A stretch of 64,000 nucleotides of DNA, from assembly GCA_050575255.1 (NCBI GenBank), contig JBNZDD010013684.1, forward strand, positions 4,623,055 through 4,687,054, given 5' to 3'. Of the stretch, positions 24,483 to 38,900 are shown one piece after another (position 1 is the first letter of the stretch; every line of letters begins with the position of its first letter). The stretch is from Harriotta raleighana. Taxonomy: Eukaryota. The notes beneath the pieces were generated by a model, which had not been told where the DNA came from, ran no database searches, and saw only the letters and a program-made list of their open reading frames with translations. A program made the translations under genes and the position numbers.

Positions 24483-26737
24483 GTAACCCAGCATGAGTTA
24501 CTACCTTCAGGAAAATTTGGGATGAACAGAAGGCTGATCACCTGAGCCTTTTGTTTCTTTGTGTGTTCTGTTGTCTATTTATTGCACTAGCTGTTGTATT
24601 GCTATCGGCGTGACATCCTATGATTGAAGTGCATGTGCAACAGATTAATTTGAGCAGATAGTGATATCCTAATGTACCACAGACAATAACCACAGGAATA
24701 GTTGAGAGGTCCTGAACAGATGGTACATCACGGCAGTGCATGTTGACTCCACTACATTCTGTGATGAGAGGCCCCAAGGCATAACTAAACTACAATTTCA
24801 GCTGCTTCATTGTGAGATTACTCCCCTGTGGCCCTTTCACTCCCTCCAGGGCACCTCAGAGCTGCAGCAACCTGTGGAACTATAGCTCAGTATATTTCAG
24901 GAGAAGAAAGTCAACTTTTAATAGCTTCCCCATCAATAATAATAATTCTTGCCTTGATATAGTGTCTTACCATATCAATGTTGAGATGTCCCAAAGCACT
25001 TCACAGAATATACTGTAAAGTGAATTGACTTTATATGGGTCAACACCCTGCTAAGGCTACCCTGACACATAGGCTGTCCCTCACACCTGACACATAGCCT
25101 ATCCCTCACACCCTGATGTAGACTGTCCCATTTCAATAACCTCGATCATGGGGTGCTCAGAAAGTCTACAAGAAATGGTTCATTGACCTTGCACTATGGA
25201 AGTTACAATTGAAGTTACAATAATAATAATCCTTGCATTTGATTTCGCTCAGAATTTACTGTAAAGTGAATTAATTGTATATGTGTGGGCGAAACACGAC
25301 AGCTAATTGCGCAAAGCAGTGTCCCACAAACAGTCGTGGATTGAAATGACCAATTTTTTTTTCTTGAGGTGTTGTTATCCTTCCCTTGCTTCCTTGCCTT
25401 CATTCAGAAAGGCATTTCTGAAATGGTGAATTGTACACAGATGAACCTTCCCACTATGTGTGTGTGTGAGAGAGAGCAGAGACCAGTGTGGCAGCTCCCA
25501 GCACTGACCTCTGAGGACATCGGCCGTCCTTATGGATACAAATACAAGTACAGATCATTACCAAATCGGTGGTCAATATTAACAAAGGTTCTTTCTTAAA
25601 AAAAACTCATTTGCAAGCTTTATTTTCTCTAAGAATTCTGCAAGTTACCTCAGAGATTCTCACTGTTAATCACTAAACCTATTGCTGTGTGAAGACAATA
25701 GATTGGAGCAGATAATTGCAGGTGGTGTACCAGAGTTGGGTGCCACAGGAATGGCTGAGCTTGTGCTGACTGCATGCGGAACCTGTTCAGATTTGGTTAG
25801 AATGTGCTTTTGTCAAATTCCTGACCACTGCAAAACCTGGTATTTTTGTGTGTTGCCTACAATTTATTACAGAGGAATGCAATACAGAATAGCAAAGGCA
25901 GCCCAGCCCAGCAAGCTTGTTCGAACCAGCAAGCCACTAGCAATATTGTATTTTGATCAATGGGAGTTAGGTCAATCCAGCCTTTGTCTTTTACAAAACC
26001 AGTTTTGTTAAAATCCTGATCCATGCACTTTTCCTTGACAGTTTTTCTTATAAAAGTATTTGACTTGCTTTTCTCCTCTATTGGAGATGTACAGTTCTAC
26101 GGGTTCCAGTAACTTTGCTCAACTGTCTACAATTCACATGTGAACCTAATTAGTGAATGTCGGAAGGTTAATTCACTGCCAGAGGATATTGCAGCCCTGA
26201 CAGAAACTCTTCTTGCCCAGGTCCACGGACCTCCATCGGGGGGGTTAAGGGACAAATATGTGTAATGTAGACACTGGTTGATTTTAGTCCATATAACCTT
26301 GAGGTACTGCAGTTAATTGTAATAATAATAATCCTTGCATTTGATATAGCGCCTTATCAAGTCTTCGAGACATCTCAAAGCAAGTCACAGAAAATACTGT
26401 AAAGTGTAATTATTGTGTGTTTTGTGGGCCAAAAGCAGTGTCCAACTACACAAAGACGCTTAACCTCAGCACCGTTCCGGATTCAAAACTCCACAACCTG
26501 GTCCAGATTATTGCTGCATTGGGCGGTATCTTTAAAATTAGTCAGATAGGGGACATGAAGCAGATCATTGTACCATTGAGGGAGTGTGTGGGGCGATACC
26601 ATGGGAGGATTCGAAAGTGAGGATGAAGATCTTGAATTCAATCCCTTGGGGGAATCGGAGCCAGTGGAAAATATAAAGCATTTGTGGTCTAAACCCAGAA
26701 TTGATGGGAAATGATAATACTTGGGCACTGTTGAATA

Positions 26738-27410
26738 CCTGTAGCTCAGTGGTTAGAGCACTCACCTTGCAAGTGAGAGACCCGAGTTTGATTCCCAGCA
26801 GGGCGAAACCTTGATGTTTGAAGTTTTCTTGTTCTGCACGCCTATAATAATAATAATCCTTGCATTTGATATAGCACTTTTCACATCTTATCGACATCTC
26901 AAAGCACTTCATAGAATAAACTGTAAATTGACTGTATATTTGTGGGCAAAATGCAGCAGTCGTGGATTGAAATAACTAATTTTATTATTGTGTTTTTTTT
27001 GGGGGGATGGATTATTAATAGGCGTGTGGAGTAAGGAAACTTGCCCAAGGTTTCACCCTGATCTGCCTGGATTCGATCACAGGTCTCACACTTGTAAGGC
27101 GAGTGCTCTCTAACCACTGAGCTACAGGAGCTAATAATAATCCCTCAAAAAAAATTATTTGGTCACTCATTCCACGACTGTTTGTGAGACACTGCTGTGC
27201 ACAATCGGCTGCCGGGTTTCACCCACAAATATACATTCAATTCACTTCACGGTATNGTTTGTGAGACACTGCTGTGCACAAACGGCTGCCGGGTTTCACC
27301 CACAAATATACATTCAATTCACTTCACGGTATATTCTGTGAAGCATTTTGAGATCTCCAGAAGACTTGAAAAGCACAATATTAAATTCAAGGATCATCAT
27401 TATTATTATT
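26738..27410 (+). mobile_element. tRNA-derived SINE (host), split by an antisense copy of the same family
   Basis: Head at 26738-26844; body resumes at 27132 (taataataatccctcaaaaaaattatttggtcact..) through to the tail. Confidence 0.88.
26855..27131 (-). mobile_element. Full-length tRNA-derived SINE nested in antisense inside the host SINE
   Basis: Runs from tail (aatccttgcatttgatatagcac) to head (ctctaaccactgagctacagga), flanked by taataataat at 26845-26854 and 27132-27141. Confidence 0.88.
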
Positions 27411-28474
27411 ACCTGGGTAACTCAATCACACAGTATGTTGTTGGTTGTTCTATCAGTCAGTACATTACGCTTCATGAATTTCTTTCACTGTAATCTCAAT
27501 GGAAAATGAAGGATTTAGTAGAGAATGTTTCCTTGATTTTAATATGGTGAAATTAAGGCCTTGAGTATTTCCACATCTTAAATTCAAACCAATTGGATTT
27601 TAAATCGAGTTGTTGAGAACAGTTGAATTGCCCAGAAAAATCAATAATAGATTACAGGGTTTTATAAAGGATCAATACCAGTAAAGAGCCTGTGAAAAGT
27701 TATATGATATTGCAACATTTGCACTCCTTTAATATTCTGTATTTTAGACAGAGTTGGTCCTAAATTCATTTGCATTTGAATTTCTGAATTTGTATCAGAA
27801 AATAGAAAATGCAGATAGCCAGCTGGGAGTGGATATACAAGGCTGGCTGACTCTCTCTCTCTCTCTCTCGATCCATCTCTCAGCCATGGGAGCCTAACTC
27901 TTGTTTGCTTTGTCGTTGTCATTTGAACCTCAAGATGAGATTACAGCTGACTACATCCTTTATAATGGGTGCTGTGAAATTTAGATGGTGCTTTTATTCA
28001 GTTCGGAGTCTGGTTTTGTTAGTCAGATCTCCATGGCAGGCGCCAGCAACTAGTGGCTTCTGCTTTCTGCTCACGATGAAGCATTGCACTGAAAGATGTT
28101 AGATTGATAGTCAATGCTAGATTGACAGCGTTTAGTCAATCAAAACTTACCTGGTAATAGAAACCATAAACCATATAAATTCTCAAATTGAAAATACACT
28201 CTTTCTCATGTCACCCAAGTGTTAAAATGTGGAGGCAGGGGAGAACATGATAATTATTATTGCATTTACACATTCCTGCTCTTTGTTCCCTCTCCCCGCC
28301 CTCCCCTTCTCTCCCTTTAACACAACCGAACTGAACTATAGTAAATTCAGAAAGGGTTTTAGACGATTCAGTTTATGGTGATCTCAGCGAATACCCCCCC
28401 ACCCCATCTCAGTACACAGTTGAACTACCTGGGGTGCCATTGAGCTAAAGATAAGTGAAATTGCAGTTCCACAT

Positions 28475-28760
28475 TCTGTGCTAAATTATCTGATATCAGC
28501 CAGGGTATCAGTGGATACTGTACAGTTGATCTCAGATGCCCCTGAGATAGAAAGTACAGGAATCCAAGTTTCTGAATCTGATCAGAATGCTGTGGTGCAA
28601 AGCACCCCTGGCTATAGTGTGTGTGTGTGAGGTGGTGATGGGATCAGGCGTGGCAATGTCCTGTTCTCCTGGTCGAACGATCTGCCAGCACTCTGTCTGT
28701 GCTCACACATGGGCGAATAGACACCTGGGCCAAAGAAACCATGTCCCACGATGAGTCTTT
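28475..28760 (+). mobile_element. Old dispersed SINE-like repeat (second family)
   Basis: tctgatatcagcc..gatctcagatgcccctgag..ggtcgaacgatctgccagcactctgtctgtgctcacacatg. Confidence 0.65.
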
Positions 28761-30409
28761 TACAGCAAAAAGAAAATTTCAGGGCAATGCAAAACAAATC
28801 CAGTGAGACAAAGAGAAGATAAAGACAAGTGTTGCCTGGTTATTTAGCTTTACTTTTTCTCCTAATTGCTGGTCTGTTTTAGCAAGTGAGATAACATTTC
28901 TGCTCCTTCTGCTAGTCTATCAGAAACATCACTCAATCTCAGACCCGGTTCAATTTTGTGCGGCATATGGTGTCTATCAGTTAGACTACTCTATCAGATA
29001 TCTTTGAACTCCACTAATTATGCTATTGTAAACTATTCGGGGGAGGTGGGTGGAGAGAGAAGTTAACGTAAACTGTAATTTTATGTCTTCTGAATAAAGG
29101 ATAACGTGGTGCTTGGGGTTTGGGGGCAAGGGGAAAGGAAGTGGGGTAAGATATAGCTTGTAATTATACTGTTGTAATTGGATTTGTTCTGTGGCGAACA
29201 CAGGGGGCTGAATCCCTTGTGGCTTGCTTGCCTTGCCTTGGGACATTCTGTGGCTGAAGACATTCCTGAAATGACCCAGGGTCTCAACCAGAATCCAGGA
29301 AATACATTCAGTTAATTGTCAAAGAGAGAAGTATGGGAAAATTCATAAATCAAGGAGACCGTCACACTGATCCCTTTTGAATCTGGAAATTGGCATCTCT
29401 AATGAAAAAATCTCAGCACTGATGTAGAGGGCACAGCTGTAAGCTATCTATGACTGTGGCTTGCCATAGTCTGTGGAACATTCAGACAATCATGGGAACT
29501 CTTCTCAAATGAATAGATGTTTTATCACAATAAAGCGCTTTTTTTCTCCCCTAGGCCCTGTTATGCACACTGGGTAAAGAGACATCTCCCACTTCCTGTA
29601 ATAAATGGGATGGACCGGTAATAAAGGAATGCAGTTGGGTTTTGAGAGAGGGGGAGGGGGTCTTATTCCATATGCTGGAAGTGTACAAGACATATTCTAC
29701 GAAAGTCAGTACATAAGCCAAGCCCGGAAGCGTGACTTTAGTGCTGCTCTGTGCTGCGCTGATCAATTGTGAAGTACATAAATAGGTTTTAGAATTGCTT
29801 GATAAGAGACTGCAAATTTGCTTCTCAATCTCAAATGAATGAAACTGCCACTGCAAAGCCTTCAAACATTAGCGACTCAGTGTCGCTGAGAATAAAATAA
29901 AACAATATTTTTAATCCTCAAGTAATGTGTTTAAGGGATGAGCGATTTCAAGGNTGCCACTGCAAAGCCTTCAAACATTAGCGACTCAGTGTCGCTGAGA
30001 ATAAAATAAAAAAATATTTTTAATCCTCAAGTAATGTGTTTAAGGGATGAGCGATTTCAAGGCCATAAACAAATCTTGGTGTGCGGGTAATACTCATTCG
30101 TTGCTTGGGTTTTTTTTTCTTGAGAAAATTTGTTATCACATGATTACTGCTTTGTTATTAACACTGCGGTTGTCAATAGGTGCCCAAGGCAGGGGAATGC
30201 ATGTATTTCAACCCTCACAGTGAGCTTCTCGGTTCTCTTTACCATTCCCCCCTCCCTCTCCCAGCATCTTGTGCAATTGTTTTTTATTGTTGCATTATGT
30301 GTGAAAATTGCTGATGTTCGTACCTGTCATTGCTCTTTGGTACTTGTCTCCAAGTAAGATAGGGGATGCAATCAATCTATCCTTTCTTCGTGGACCAATA
30401 CCCTTCTTG

Positions 30410-30650
30410 AGGATTGTTGGCCAGGAAGCCAGGAGAAACTGCCTGCTCTTTTTGAATAGTTCTTTGGGATCTTTAAAGATCACCTAAACAGGCAGATGGG
30501 ACATTGGTTTAGCATCTCATCTAAACGACAATACACCGCACTCCCAGGACTGCATTGTGGTGTCAGTATAACTAATAGCTCCACATCACTTCCGTTGTGA
30601 CGTGGGGTTTGAACCCACAAACTTTCGATTCAGAATCAACAGTGTTATCA
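30410..30650 (-). mobile_element. Old DeuSINE (SacSINE1-like) copy
   Basis: Reverse Deu domain ccaggagaaactgcctgctcttttgaatagttctttgggatctttaaagatcacct..catctcatctaaa and head tttgaacccacaaactttcgattcag. Confidence 0.75.
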
Positions 30651-31532
30651 AGCACATCTGGGGTTGAAGGAGTGGCCAGTCGAGGTCAGGATTTGGCTGA
30701 CTTGGCTCCACCCCCACTGCCTTCTCTTACATTGGCTGATTGGCATATTGGGTTGTCAGTCAGTCAGCGGGTGTGCTGTGGGCGGTTGTAAACAGCAATG
30801 CAAATGCAAAAAAGTGTGTCATTTGGGGTTGACTTTACTGTTGATTTCAAAGTTGGAAGAGCTCTCCTAACTCCACTGCCCCTTCACCCACCTCACTGGC
30901 TGCCAACTAAGTCAGGCTCACACTATATGGAGGTTGAAGCAGAATCATGATAGATGTTGGTAGGGAACTAGATGAATATTGGAAACTATAATATAAAATA
31001 TGTATATTTGTGGGTGAAACGTGGCAGCTTGAAAATAAATGGCAGCGTAATGGGACTGTGGATTGCTCTTTTCACAGTGATGGACTGAATGGCCTTCGTC
31101 TGTATGACATGGTTCTACATTGTCCATCCTATAGTTCTGACAGTCGTTTATTTACCTCTTAAATAAATCACGATAAACCACACATTTAAAACTACTACAT
31201 TTTATCTATTTTGTGTCTCAACGGAACACTGGGTGGTGCCCTTCGCTGAAGCCAGTGGAAACTCGATAATGGAAGAATTACCATGAATGTGGCCAGGGTT
31301 TGTTTTCCTTTTAAAATCTCATTGAAGAAATAAATGAACAAGGAAGTCATTTGTGGAATGCAACTAAATGTGGTAAAGGGAATGGTTGGCTTGTACTCAT
31401 TAAGAAGCTCCTTCCCTTTGATTGTGGCTCTTGACGGCTGCTTCATGTGTTGATTTACAGCCAGCAAAAGTCAAGGGGCCTAATTGTTCCAACAGTTTAG
31501 TTCATTGTTACAAAGTGTATACAAATACAATG

Positions 31533-31836
31533 ATAATAATAATCCTTACATTTTATATAGCGCTTTTTACGTCTTCTAGATGTCACAAAACACTTCACAG
31601 AGTATACTGTAAAGTGAATTGACTGTATACTTATGGGCAAAACGCGACAGCCAATTGCGCACAGCAGTCTCCCACAAACAGTTGTGGCTTGAAATTGACA
31701 AATGTGTTTTTTTTTGAGAGCTTATTATTAGGCTTGTGGAGAAAGGAAACTTGCCTAAGGTTTCACCATGCCTGGAAACGAACCTAGGTCTCTCGCTTGC
31801 AAGGCAAGTGCTCTAACCGCCGAGCTACAAGACTCC
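31533..31836 (-). mobile_element. Full-length tRNA-derived SINE, short subfamily
   Basis: Complete reverse-complement copy from (AAT)n tail to gagctacaagactcc head. Confidence 0.92.
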
Positions 31837-33994
31837 ACAAGCTGATTGATGCATATGCGTAAATGAAGTGGACTTCTTCAGTGAGTTAATATTCTGCTGG
31901 CATATTTGCTGGAAGCTGAATTAGAACCATTTCTTAATTACGACACAAGTTTGGGCAGCAGCGGGAGTGTCGTGGTTTTGAATAACCTCGTGTCTTTGTT
32001 TGCATGGAGTTTGCTTTGAAGTCTTTCAAATTTTGTACAAGTAGATGCTTTGTGCAGGTGCAATGCAAAATAACCATGTTGCTTTCAGTGTATCTTAATA
32101 TTTATTTTGAAGTGCAGCTTCCTTTGTGACTGAATTCTCCAGGAGTAAACAACTTGCACTTATATAGAGCCCATCACGTGGGGTAGCGTTTTGGAGCACT
32201 TGACAGTGGTAGGGTCTGACCCTGAGCAGAGGGAGAGTAGAGTCCGGGCGGGCGGGAGGATGACTGTAAAGTACAGTGGGTTTACAGATGAATGGATGAA
32301 GGTACAGGAGTTACTACAATGAAGTGTGAGTAGGGTGGGTGTGGGCGAGTGAGTGCACGGAGCAGTGGGGGAGATGAATGGAATCCCGGAGCTTAACGGT
32401 TCAAGTACCCTCGCAAGCGAGAGATGGGTTTGATTCCTAGCAAGGGGAAGAGATTGGGCAAATTTCACAGTGCAAGTGTAGGAGGGGGTTAACCTATTGA
32501 AAGATGCAGACACAGTACACCCAGTCCAACCCGCTAATTACTTCAATGCCATGGAAAAATATATTAATCTCTTAATGATGCAAAATCAATGTGTGTTTCA
32601 TTAAGAGGCTGTGATGCTTTATAATCATGTTCAAGTGAGGGACTGGTATACTTTTTATTGCTGCGTTGCTTATTAAGGCATCTTGGATACACAGTATATT
32701 GGATTTATAACTTCCCCCACCCCTACCACCCCCCACCACCACCACAGCTATAAAACAGGAATGAAAGGCTTGATCGTAATTACTGATTGTCAGTGAGCTG
32801 GATGGCTCTAGGCAAAAGCAGAAGCAATTTGGGATGCAAAGGAATTGAGTTGCAGGCTTCATTCCTCTCTACCTACTGAGGTTGTGAGGAGGTCACCACT
32901 CAAGGGCCAGCTAAGGTGAAAAAGGCATTCCCTTTTCATGTATGCGTTAATCTCCATCCCGTCTATAAACATCAGTTCGGCGAAGGCCAAGAGTGGATGT
33001 CTGAGCCTCATGCCAGTCAGGACGGTTAACTAATGCCTGTCATTTTGTCCTTGAAACTAGTGGTGGAAAATTTAAGACTTTCATTGCTGATTTTCCCTAC
33101 CAACTCTATTTGTCTTTGGGTTTGATCAAGGAACAAGGAATTCATGTGCTCCTTATTCTCAATTTTGAGGTGCATAGCTCTGCAGAGTATCTCCATAGGC
33201 TTACAGTGGGACATTCCAAAGCAAGATAAGATTGGCATATAATGTTGATATTTTAAAGCTATCTGATCTTTAACCTAAAAGCTCCAATGAATACTTCTAA
33301 AAGCAGGGCAGGTCTGCAATTTTCCAAATTTACTGTTTTCTACTATCTGAGATCAAAATATGCGTTTATAATATGTTGATTTCTAGCAATCACTCTCAGT
33401 GTACGCTTGTAAAAAGATCGGTGTGATCTCCAAAATCACTTTCAAAATGCCATTGATGGCGAGTGGGCTCATAACATATGAACAGCATTTCAAGGGAGTG
33501 TGCCAAATTAATCTTCTTTTTACATTATTATTACTTTCACCCAGAAGTAGTGCACATTTCCTTAAAATAGTGTTAATAATAATCCTCATATTTGATACAG
33601 TGCCTTATCATGTCTTAAAAGGAATGATTGTAAAGTGTAAGTAATGTACTGTGTATTTCGGAAACAAATGCAGCAGCCAATTTTGCCTTATCATATCTTT
33701 TGAGACATATCAAAGCATCACAGAATATACTGTAAAGTGAATTGACTATTTTTTGAGTGAAACGCGCCAGCCAATTGCTCACAGGAGTCTCCCACAAACA
33801 ACTGTGGATTGAAGTGACCTTTTTTTTTGAAGGATTTATTATCCCCAGAGCCCTCTTGTAGTTTAATCAGTCTTCACAATGAGTTGACTCCATCTCCCAA
33901 AGAAAAAGTTGCAGTGATGGAATGAGAAGCTCCCATTCACATCCCTTAAGCAGTATGATGAGATTAAAGATATTACTGTACACGTATACAAACA

Positions 33995-34290
33995 GGTGTC
34001 AGCCTGATTCAATGAGTAGAACTATCACCTCTGAGCTAGATGGTATGGGTGACCTTTTCAAAAAAGGTCACTTATAGATGGTATAAGCCCCATGTTAATG
34101 ACTTTGAACTCAGATTAGGCAGACACTCCAATGCAGTGTTTATGCAGCTCCCAAGTCCCAGATGTCTGTTTAAGAGGACATTAAGATCACACGGCACTTT
34201 TAGAAAAATAGAAAGGAGTCTCTCCCAGTATTCTGGCCAACAATCCCCACAAAATAATAATAAATGGTCATTCACTGTTTACAGTATAAT
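33995..34290 (+). mobile_element. Old DeuSINE remnant
   Basis: ggcagacactccaatgcag..ttaagatcacacggcacttttagaaaaatagaaaggagtctctcccagtattctggccaaca. Confidence 0.6.
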
Positions 34291-35475
34291 GCAATACAAA
34301 TTTACATTTATGTGGTGCCTTCCATGTCAGGAGACAAAGGAAGGCATGTGACAGTCCTAACTTGGCACCCGACTGGGATGGGATTTGAGGGGGTTGGAGA
34401 GAGGAAACATAACGAAAGACAATTGAGACATTCTCAATGCTATCTGTAATATCATATGCAAACATTATTATTAATGCGAGGGTTGTCCATGTACCTTTAC
34501 CCTCAAAAGCACTTCATACCTCACCAGGGTATCAATGATCTGCCAAAATGTGACTCCCAATTTGTGCAAAGTCACTTTTGTCCTGTGGACCATAGGAGCT
34601 ATTTTAAGCTCTGTAACCAAAACTGATTTCAACCATCAGTCTGGGTTGGTCATGATGCAAATGGTAAATGGACATACAGTATGTTAGTACATTACACCCA
34701 AGTATTTTTTGAGGGTGGAAAATTTCTTTCTAAATTTCATAACTACAGAGTTCATTTTGAGCTACTAATAATTGTTACTCCATAAGTCAATCCTTTGCAC
34801 TTGTGGTAAGCTTCCATCTCTATTTGCAGCTTCTGCAATGACAAGCCCTTGTTAAAGATATAAAAAGCCTGTCTTACAGTTTTTCTGCATGTTTGTTCTG
34901 TTTGTGCAGTATTACAGGCCACACTTCAGCAGCATGTTAATGAGCTCCACTATGAACTTTACAAGTGCTTATCCATGTCTAAAGGGATTTCACTGGCTAG
35001 TGAGGAGACAAGATAAATAATTGAAATGTGAACTCCAATCCTCAGTTAAGATGAGACATTTGACATTCATAATGGGATAAGAGCATACAATTCTGTTGAC
35101 TTCTCGTAACTTCTTCCCACTCACTAAGGCCGTCCTACCAGGGGATACAATTCTCCAGTACTCCTCTTGCCTATCATTTGGCAGCTCTGTGACACTTATT
35201 TCCAAATACTTTTTGGTTTATCCCGGTATTCCTACCAAGCCTTTCTTCTCTAAATATCTCAATTCTCCACTATCCCTCTAGCCTCTCCTTGAAGATCCTT
35301 CTTATCTGACGGCCATTCAAATTTCCCTTCACATTTCTTACCAAAATGTTTCCTTTACCTTTTTACTTAAAACAATAATTTGGTCACTTAATCCATGACT
35401 GTTTGTGGGACACAACCGGTCATGGGGAACCAGTTGCGCAATTGGCTGCACCATTTCTCCCACAAAATACAGTTA

Positions 35476-35911
35476 ACAACAACAAAATTACATTTGTACA
35501 GTGCCTGTCATGTCAGAAGGACATCCCAAGGTGCTGAACAGTCATGCAGGGACCCGAGCAAGGGAGAGGGGCAGGGTAGGGGGGAGAGGTGGGAGAGAGT
35601 TACGAGAGGAGAGAAAGAGTTGGGAGGGCAGCAGATGGCACGATCGAAGAGAAGGGTCTTGAGACTGGCCTTTGAAAGAGGCGAGGGAGGGAGCTAGGCG
35701 AAGGGACTGTGGGATGGAGTTCCAGAGTGTGGGGGATCAGAGAGGCTGAAACCACTCTTAGGTTGGGGGACATGGAGCAGGCCAGAGACCGTTGAACGGA
35801 GGGGACGAGCAGGCTGATAGGAAGACAGCAGGTCGGAGTGATAGACGGGAGGCAAGGCCGTGAATGGCCTTGAAGGTGGGGACGAGGTTCTTGAATTTGA
35901 TCCTCTGGGGG
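35476..35911 (-). mobile_element. L2 LINE 3' fragment nested inside a + strand SINE (35372-36005)
   Basis: SINE reads ..aaaatacagtta| then L2 tail acaacaacaaaattacatttg..; SINE resumes |attcactttacaacatac. Confidence 0.85.
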
Positions 35912-38900
35912 ATTCACTTTACAACATACTCTATGAAGTACTTTGAGACATTTCAACTGTGATAAGATGCTCTATTAAGGCAAGGATTATTATTATTATT
36001 ATTGATATTTGATATTGTGCCTTTCATGTTAAAAGCACCAGCCTTGACCACAACACCAAAGGCTTTCTCCTCTTTCCCCCAGGTTCTGCTCCCAATAGCT
36101 GCCTCATTATGGGTGATAATAATAATAAATTGGTCACTTCACTCCATGATTGTTTGTGGGACACTGCGCTACCACCTTTCGCCAACAAAATATACAGTCA
36201 ATTCATTTTACAGTATATCCTGTGGAGCACTTTAGATGTCAGGCTCCACCACTATCCTGCGTGGAGGGCGCTAAATAAGTGCAAATAAGTTCATCTTGAA
36301 GATGTGATCGGGCGGCTTTTCAAATGCAAAAATTATTGCTGTTATTAACTTGAACTTGAAGCTATGAACCAGAGATGAAAATTCAACCAGGNTAATAAGT
36401 TCATCTTGAAGATGTGATCGGGCGCCTTTTCAAATGCAAAAATTATTGCTATTATTAACTTGAACTTGAAGCTATGAACCAGAGATGAAAATTCAACCAG
36501 GTTTCTGCCTCCAGTGGCCAGAATCGCTGAAAAGCACAATGTCCGTGGGGGCAGGATGGAGCTCGGCCGCTGTGCACCTTAACAATTATGCATCACATCG
36601 CACTTTAGTCAAATACCTTCTTTGGCTTGGAGAGTGCATTTCGGGGATTAAGGAGCAGCAAAAAGGAGTGGGAACAAAAGACTGAACCGCTTGTGGAAAA
36701 TGTCTAATGAGCAGTTACCATTCTTTGTGACAATATAAATGAACCAGGCGGACTTGAACCTTTCCTGGGAGACCATCTGTCTAGAAAGACAAAGTGACTG
36801 CCAGTCCCCAGGGTGGTCATTACAGACCAGTTTCACTGTGTATTGATTATCAAATATATTCCTGTTCAGGGATGGGAGGCACTGGGCTGAGACAACGAGA
36901 GCCTGTTGTGGTCGCTTCTGCTTAACCGTTCGAATGGGTTGAAGCCATGAGACGACGCTCGATGTGGAGGGCGCTATATCAATGCAATTTGCTGTTGTAA
37001 CTGCTTCAGGAGTTGGATGAAAGAATGGATGAAGCACCTCTGTAATAAAAGCTTCACCCCTCCCACACCCAGCAATCAAATTGCATGAATTTACAATACG
37101 ATTCCTTGTAGAAATGTCCAGAATGAGATAATTAGCACCACACCCTGCCTGCCACCGCCCCCCCTCACCTTTCCCCTAAAGGCATCCTCTATCTGTAAGC
37201 AAATCTGCAAAATGATACTTTTCATTTCTGTATCTATTTACGGCCCATTGGCGCACACACCATGAAGTCTAAAAAGAATTTTCTAGTTAACTCTGAGGCA
37301 AGAGGCAATCGTTGCACCAAGGCAGCAGGAATGTTTTGGGGTCCCTTTACAATTACAGTGCAGAAATGTGCGAATACGGCATAAACAGAACCAGCTTTTA
37401 TGGTATCAGTGTCACATCATACAAAGCGCAGAACCTGTCTGCCCACCTAGCATTGCATTATTGTCATTGCTAGCACAGGAGTGAGAGGCAAATTCTCCCC
37501 TGCAGTACCAGCCCATTTTATTGCTGTGTACTACAATCCACTTACATTGCAGTTTGTCAGTACTCAGTGTTAAAGAATGTAACATCTGCAGGAAAGCGCA
37601 TTTACTGTGACGAACGCTTCAGGATATAATTGCTGCTGCTGACTGTTTACAATGCACCACTCTTTTTTTTGGATCGACTGCTTGCAGTAGCTTGCTGTGC
37701 TTTTAGACCTTCGTGAATGACTGAGTGCAGCAGACTCCATGTAGACTAATTGCTGATTGACACCGCAAAGCTTGCTCGGTCCAGTTAATAGCTCTCTTCA
37801 GAGCTGCCTTTTTAAGTTGGTGGGGGGCAGGGAGTGCTTTATATGTCAGACGACAAAACTAAGGCTGAAATGATATGATAAATCTCTGTTGCATAATTGA
37901 AGGATGATGTGACGTTCAAACCTTTATTTCTGACTTGGTGTCACTGAGAACAATCTTTTGGCATCTTGACTCTTACATGGTGTGATGTGGGCACTTTTAT
38001 TTGGCGTATTGTCTCTGAAGCTCTGTGAGCCTTGACAGCTGGTGTTAGTGAGCTATTCAACCACATACCCAAGCTCAATTCTACCCTTACATGAAGTGTC
38101 AACAACTATTTAGCCAGGCGTGCAGTGGGTGGTTGGATGCTCAGACAATGGTCTGTGGCTGGTTTGATCCTGAGTCTGAGCTGATCTGAACCAGGTAACA
38201 ATAGAACACCACAATGATGGCAACAAGGTCAGCAAGCAAAATCCCAAGCTCAAAAACCTTCCCCAATGTGACTATCCAAGCAATGTCTGCCTTGAATTTC
38301 AAGGTTGCAATCACTAATGGTTGTTAATTATTTTCGTTGGTTTATAAAATAAATAAAAATGCTGCACCTTTTTTAAAGGAGGCTGCCTGGTTTACAATGG
38401 CGTGTGCATGCATTACATTTGCAAAGCCCTTTTTTGTTATCGTGCTTACACCACAGCTCCTTTGCAGTCTAGGCGATCTGCTTTTAGAATGTAGGAGGAA
38501 CAAGTTTAATGCTATAGAGCACACTCGATTTGAGCCTTTGTGCAGCCAGTATATCCCTGACACGTTGAACAAAGAGCCTGTTTTTTATTATCCAGTCCTA
38601 CGGGGGTTATGTTTAGAAACATGAGAATGCTGGATTTTAAAAAGAGGGATGAGAATAATGAATGCAACATATGGAATGCCTTTTCCGTGACAAGTATTGT
38701 TTGATTTAAACTGCAAGTCCCCCTTTGTATGTTTTACGTGTTCAAAGAGATTGCCTTATGTTTAACTTTCTAACTTCCATATCAAGGATAGAACAGGTGA
38801 AATGGGAACTGGTTTCAGTTTACAGGTAGATATTGATGTAACCTTCAAAAGCCGCAATGATCAATTCAAAATGCTCTTCAAATATTTCAACTTGAGCTCC

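Noticed and set aside
25061-25129. Three ~25-bp degenerate tandem units (cctgacacatag.ct.tccctcacac)
   Set aside because: A short minisatellite with no spacers; not CRISPR-like and no sign of function.
27180-27332. 76-bp tandem duplication within a SINE
   Set aside because: The copies are separated by a single N (27256) and differ by one base, typical of overlapping contig ends or alleles left unmerged.
29846-30062. 108-bp direct tandem repeat
   Set aside because: Split by a single N at 29954 with one mismatch; assembly overlap artefact.
36284-36501. About 108-bp direct tandem repeat
   Set aside because: Split by N at 36392 with two mismatches; assembly overlap artefact.
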